From Hormiphora californensis (taxonomy: Eukaryota; Animalia; Ctenophora): a DNA stretch of 64,000 nucleotides. The DNA is taken from the NCBI GenBank assembly GCA_020137815.1, contig CM035353.1, forward strand, positions 2,170,001-2,234,000, given 5' to 3'. Below are positions 63,668-64,000 of the stretch, piece after piece. Every line of letters begins with the position of its first letter. Within the stretch, counting starts at the first letter, position 1. The translations under genes were made by a program, and so were the position numbers. Below the pieces are notes generated by a model. That model was given only the letters and a program-made list of their open reading frames with translations, did not search any database and was not told the DNA's origin.

Positions 63668-64000
63668 GTAGGTCATATATATTGGAAATTATATGGAAGT
63701 GTTTCATTTTATATTATTATTATGTTATTATATTATGTGAGTAAAAATCCTAAAGAATAATAATTGATTTCATCTTCTTCGAGGCTCTCTCGCCCAAATA
63801 CATTATATCTCTCCCCCCTATCTCTCCCACCCCCTACTAAATTGTTTCAATTTGTATATATCCCCCCCCCCCCTATTTACCCTGATTTGACAGTGCGCTC
63901 AGATGCGGCGCCAGACAGTTAACGATTTACCACTGCATAATTATGGCACTAGCTATAACTCTTCCCGATATATTATGTCGTCTCGCCATCTCCCTCCCCC

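Overview
Eukaryotic (animal) genomic DNA with spliceosomal introns, abundant (CT/GA)n microsatellites and dense MITEs. The recurrent CAGGAACCGACCGA...GGTTCCTG and CAGTCGGACCCCGATTTA repeats and the LDLa-7TM receptors match my recollection of ctenophore (Pleurobrachia-like) genomes; this taxon call is inference. Genes assembled by hand from GT-AG junctions: (1) a + strand DRAM/TMEM150-family gene (447..~17596) with a textbook U12-type intron and a 13.4 kb intron; (2,3) two tandem antisense ~1,060-1,100 aa Cys-rich/LDLa-repeat GPCR genes lacking LRRs, nested in that large intron; (4) a divergent single-coding-exon 7TM gene; (5) a 9-exon class A GPCR with the aminergic signature D3.32+W7.40 and an unusual Lys at 7.45; (6) a long + strand TSP1 plus multi-sushi(CCP) gene running off the right edge, whose splice junctions have repeatedly seeded tandem duplications. 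Mobile DNA includes hAT-, Tc1/mariner- and CMC-like MITEs, RTE and CR1/L2 LINE remnants, a transposase remnant, and a perfect 316-bp palindrome with a Penelope-type minimal hammerhead ribozyme on each strand. Several blocks look like uncorrected long-read sequence, so frameshifts there are not trustworthy.
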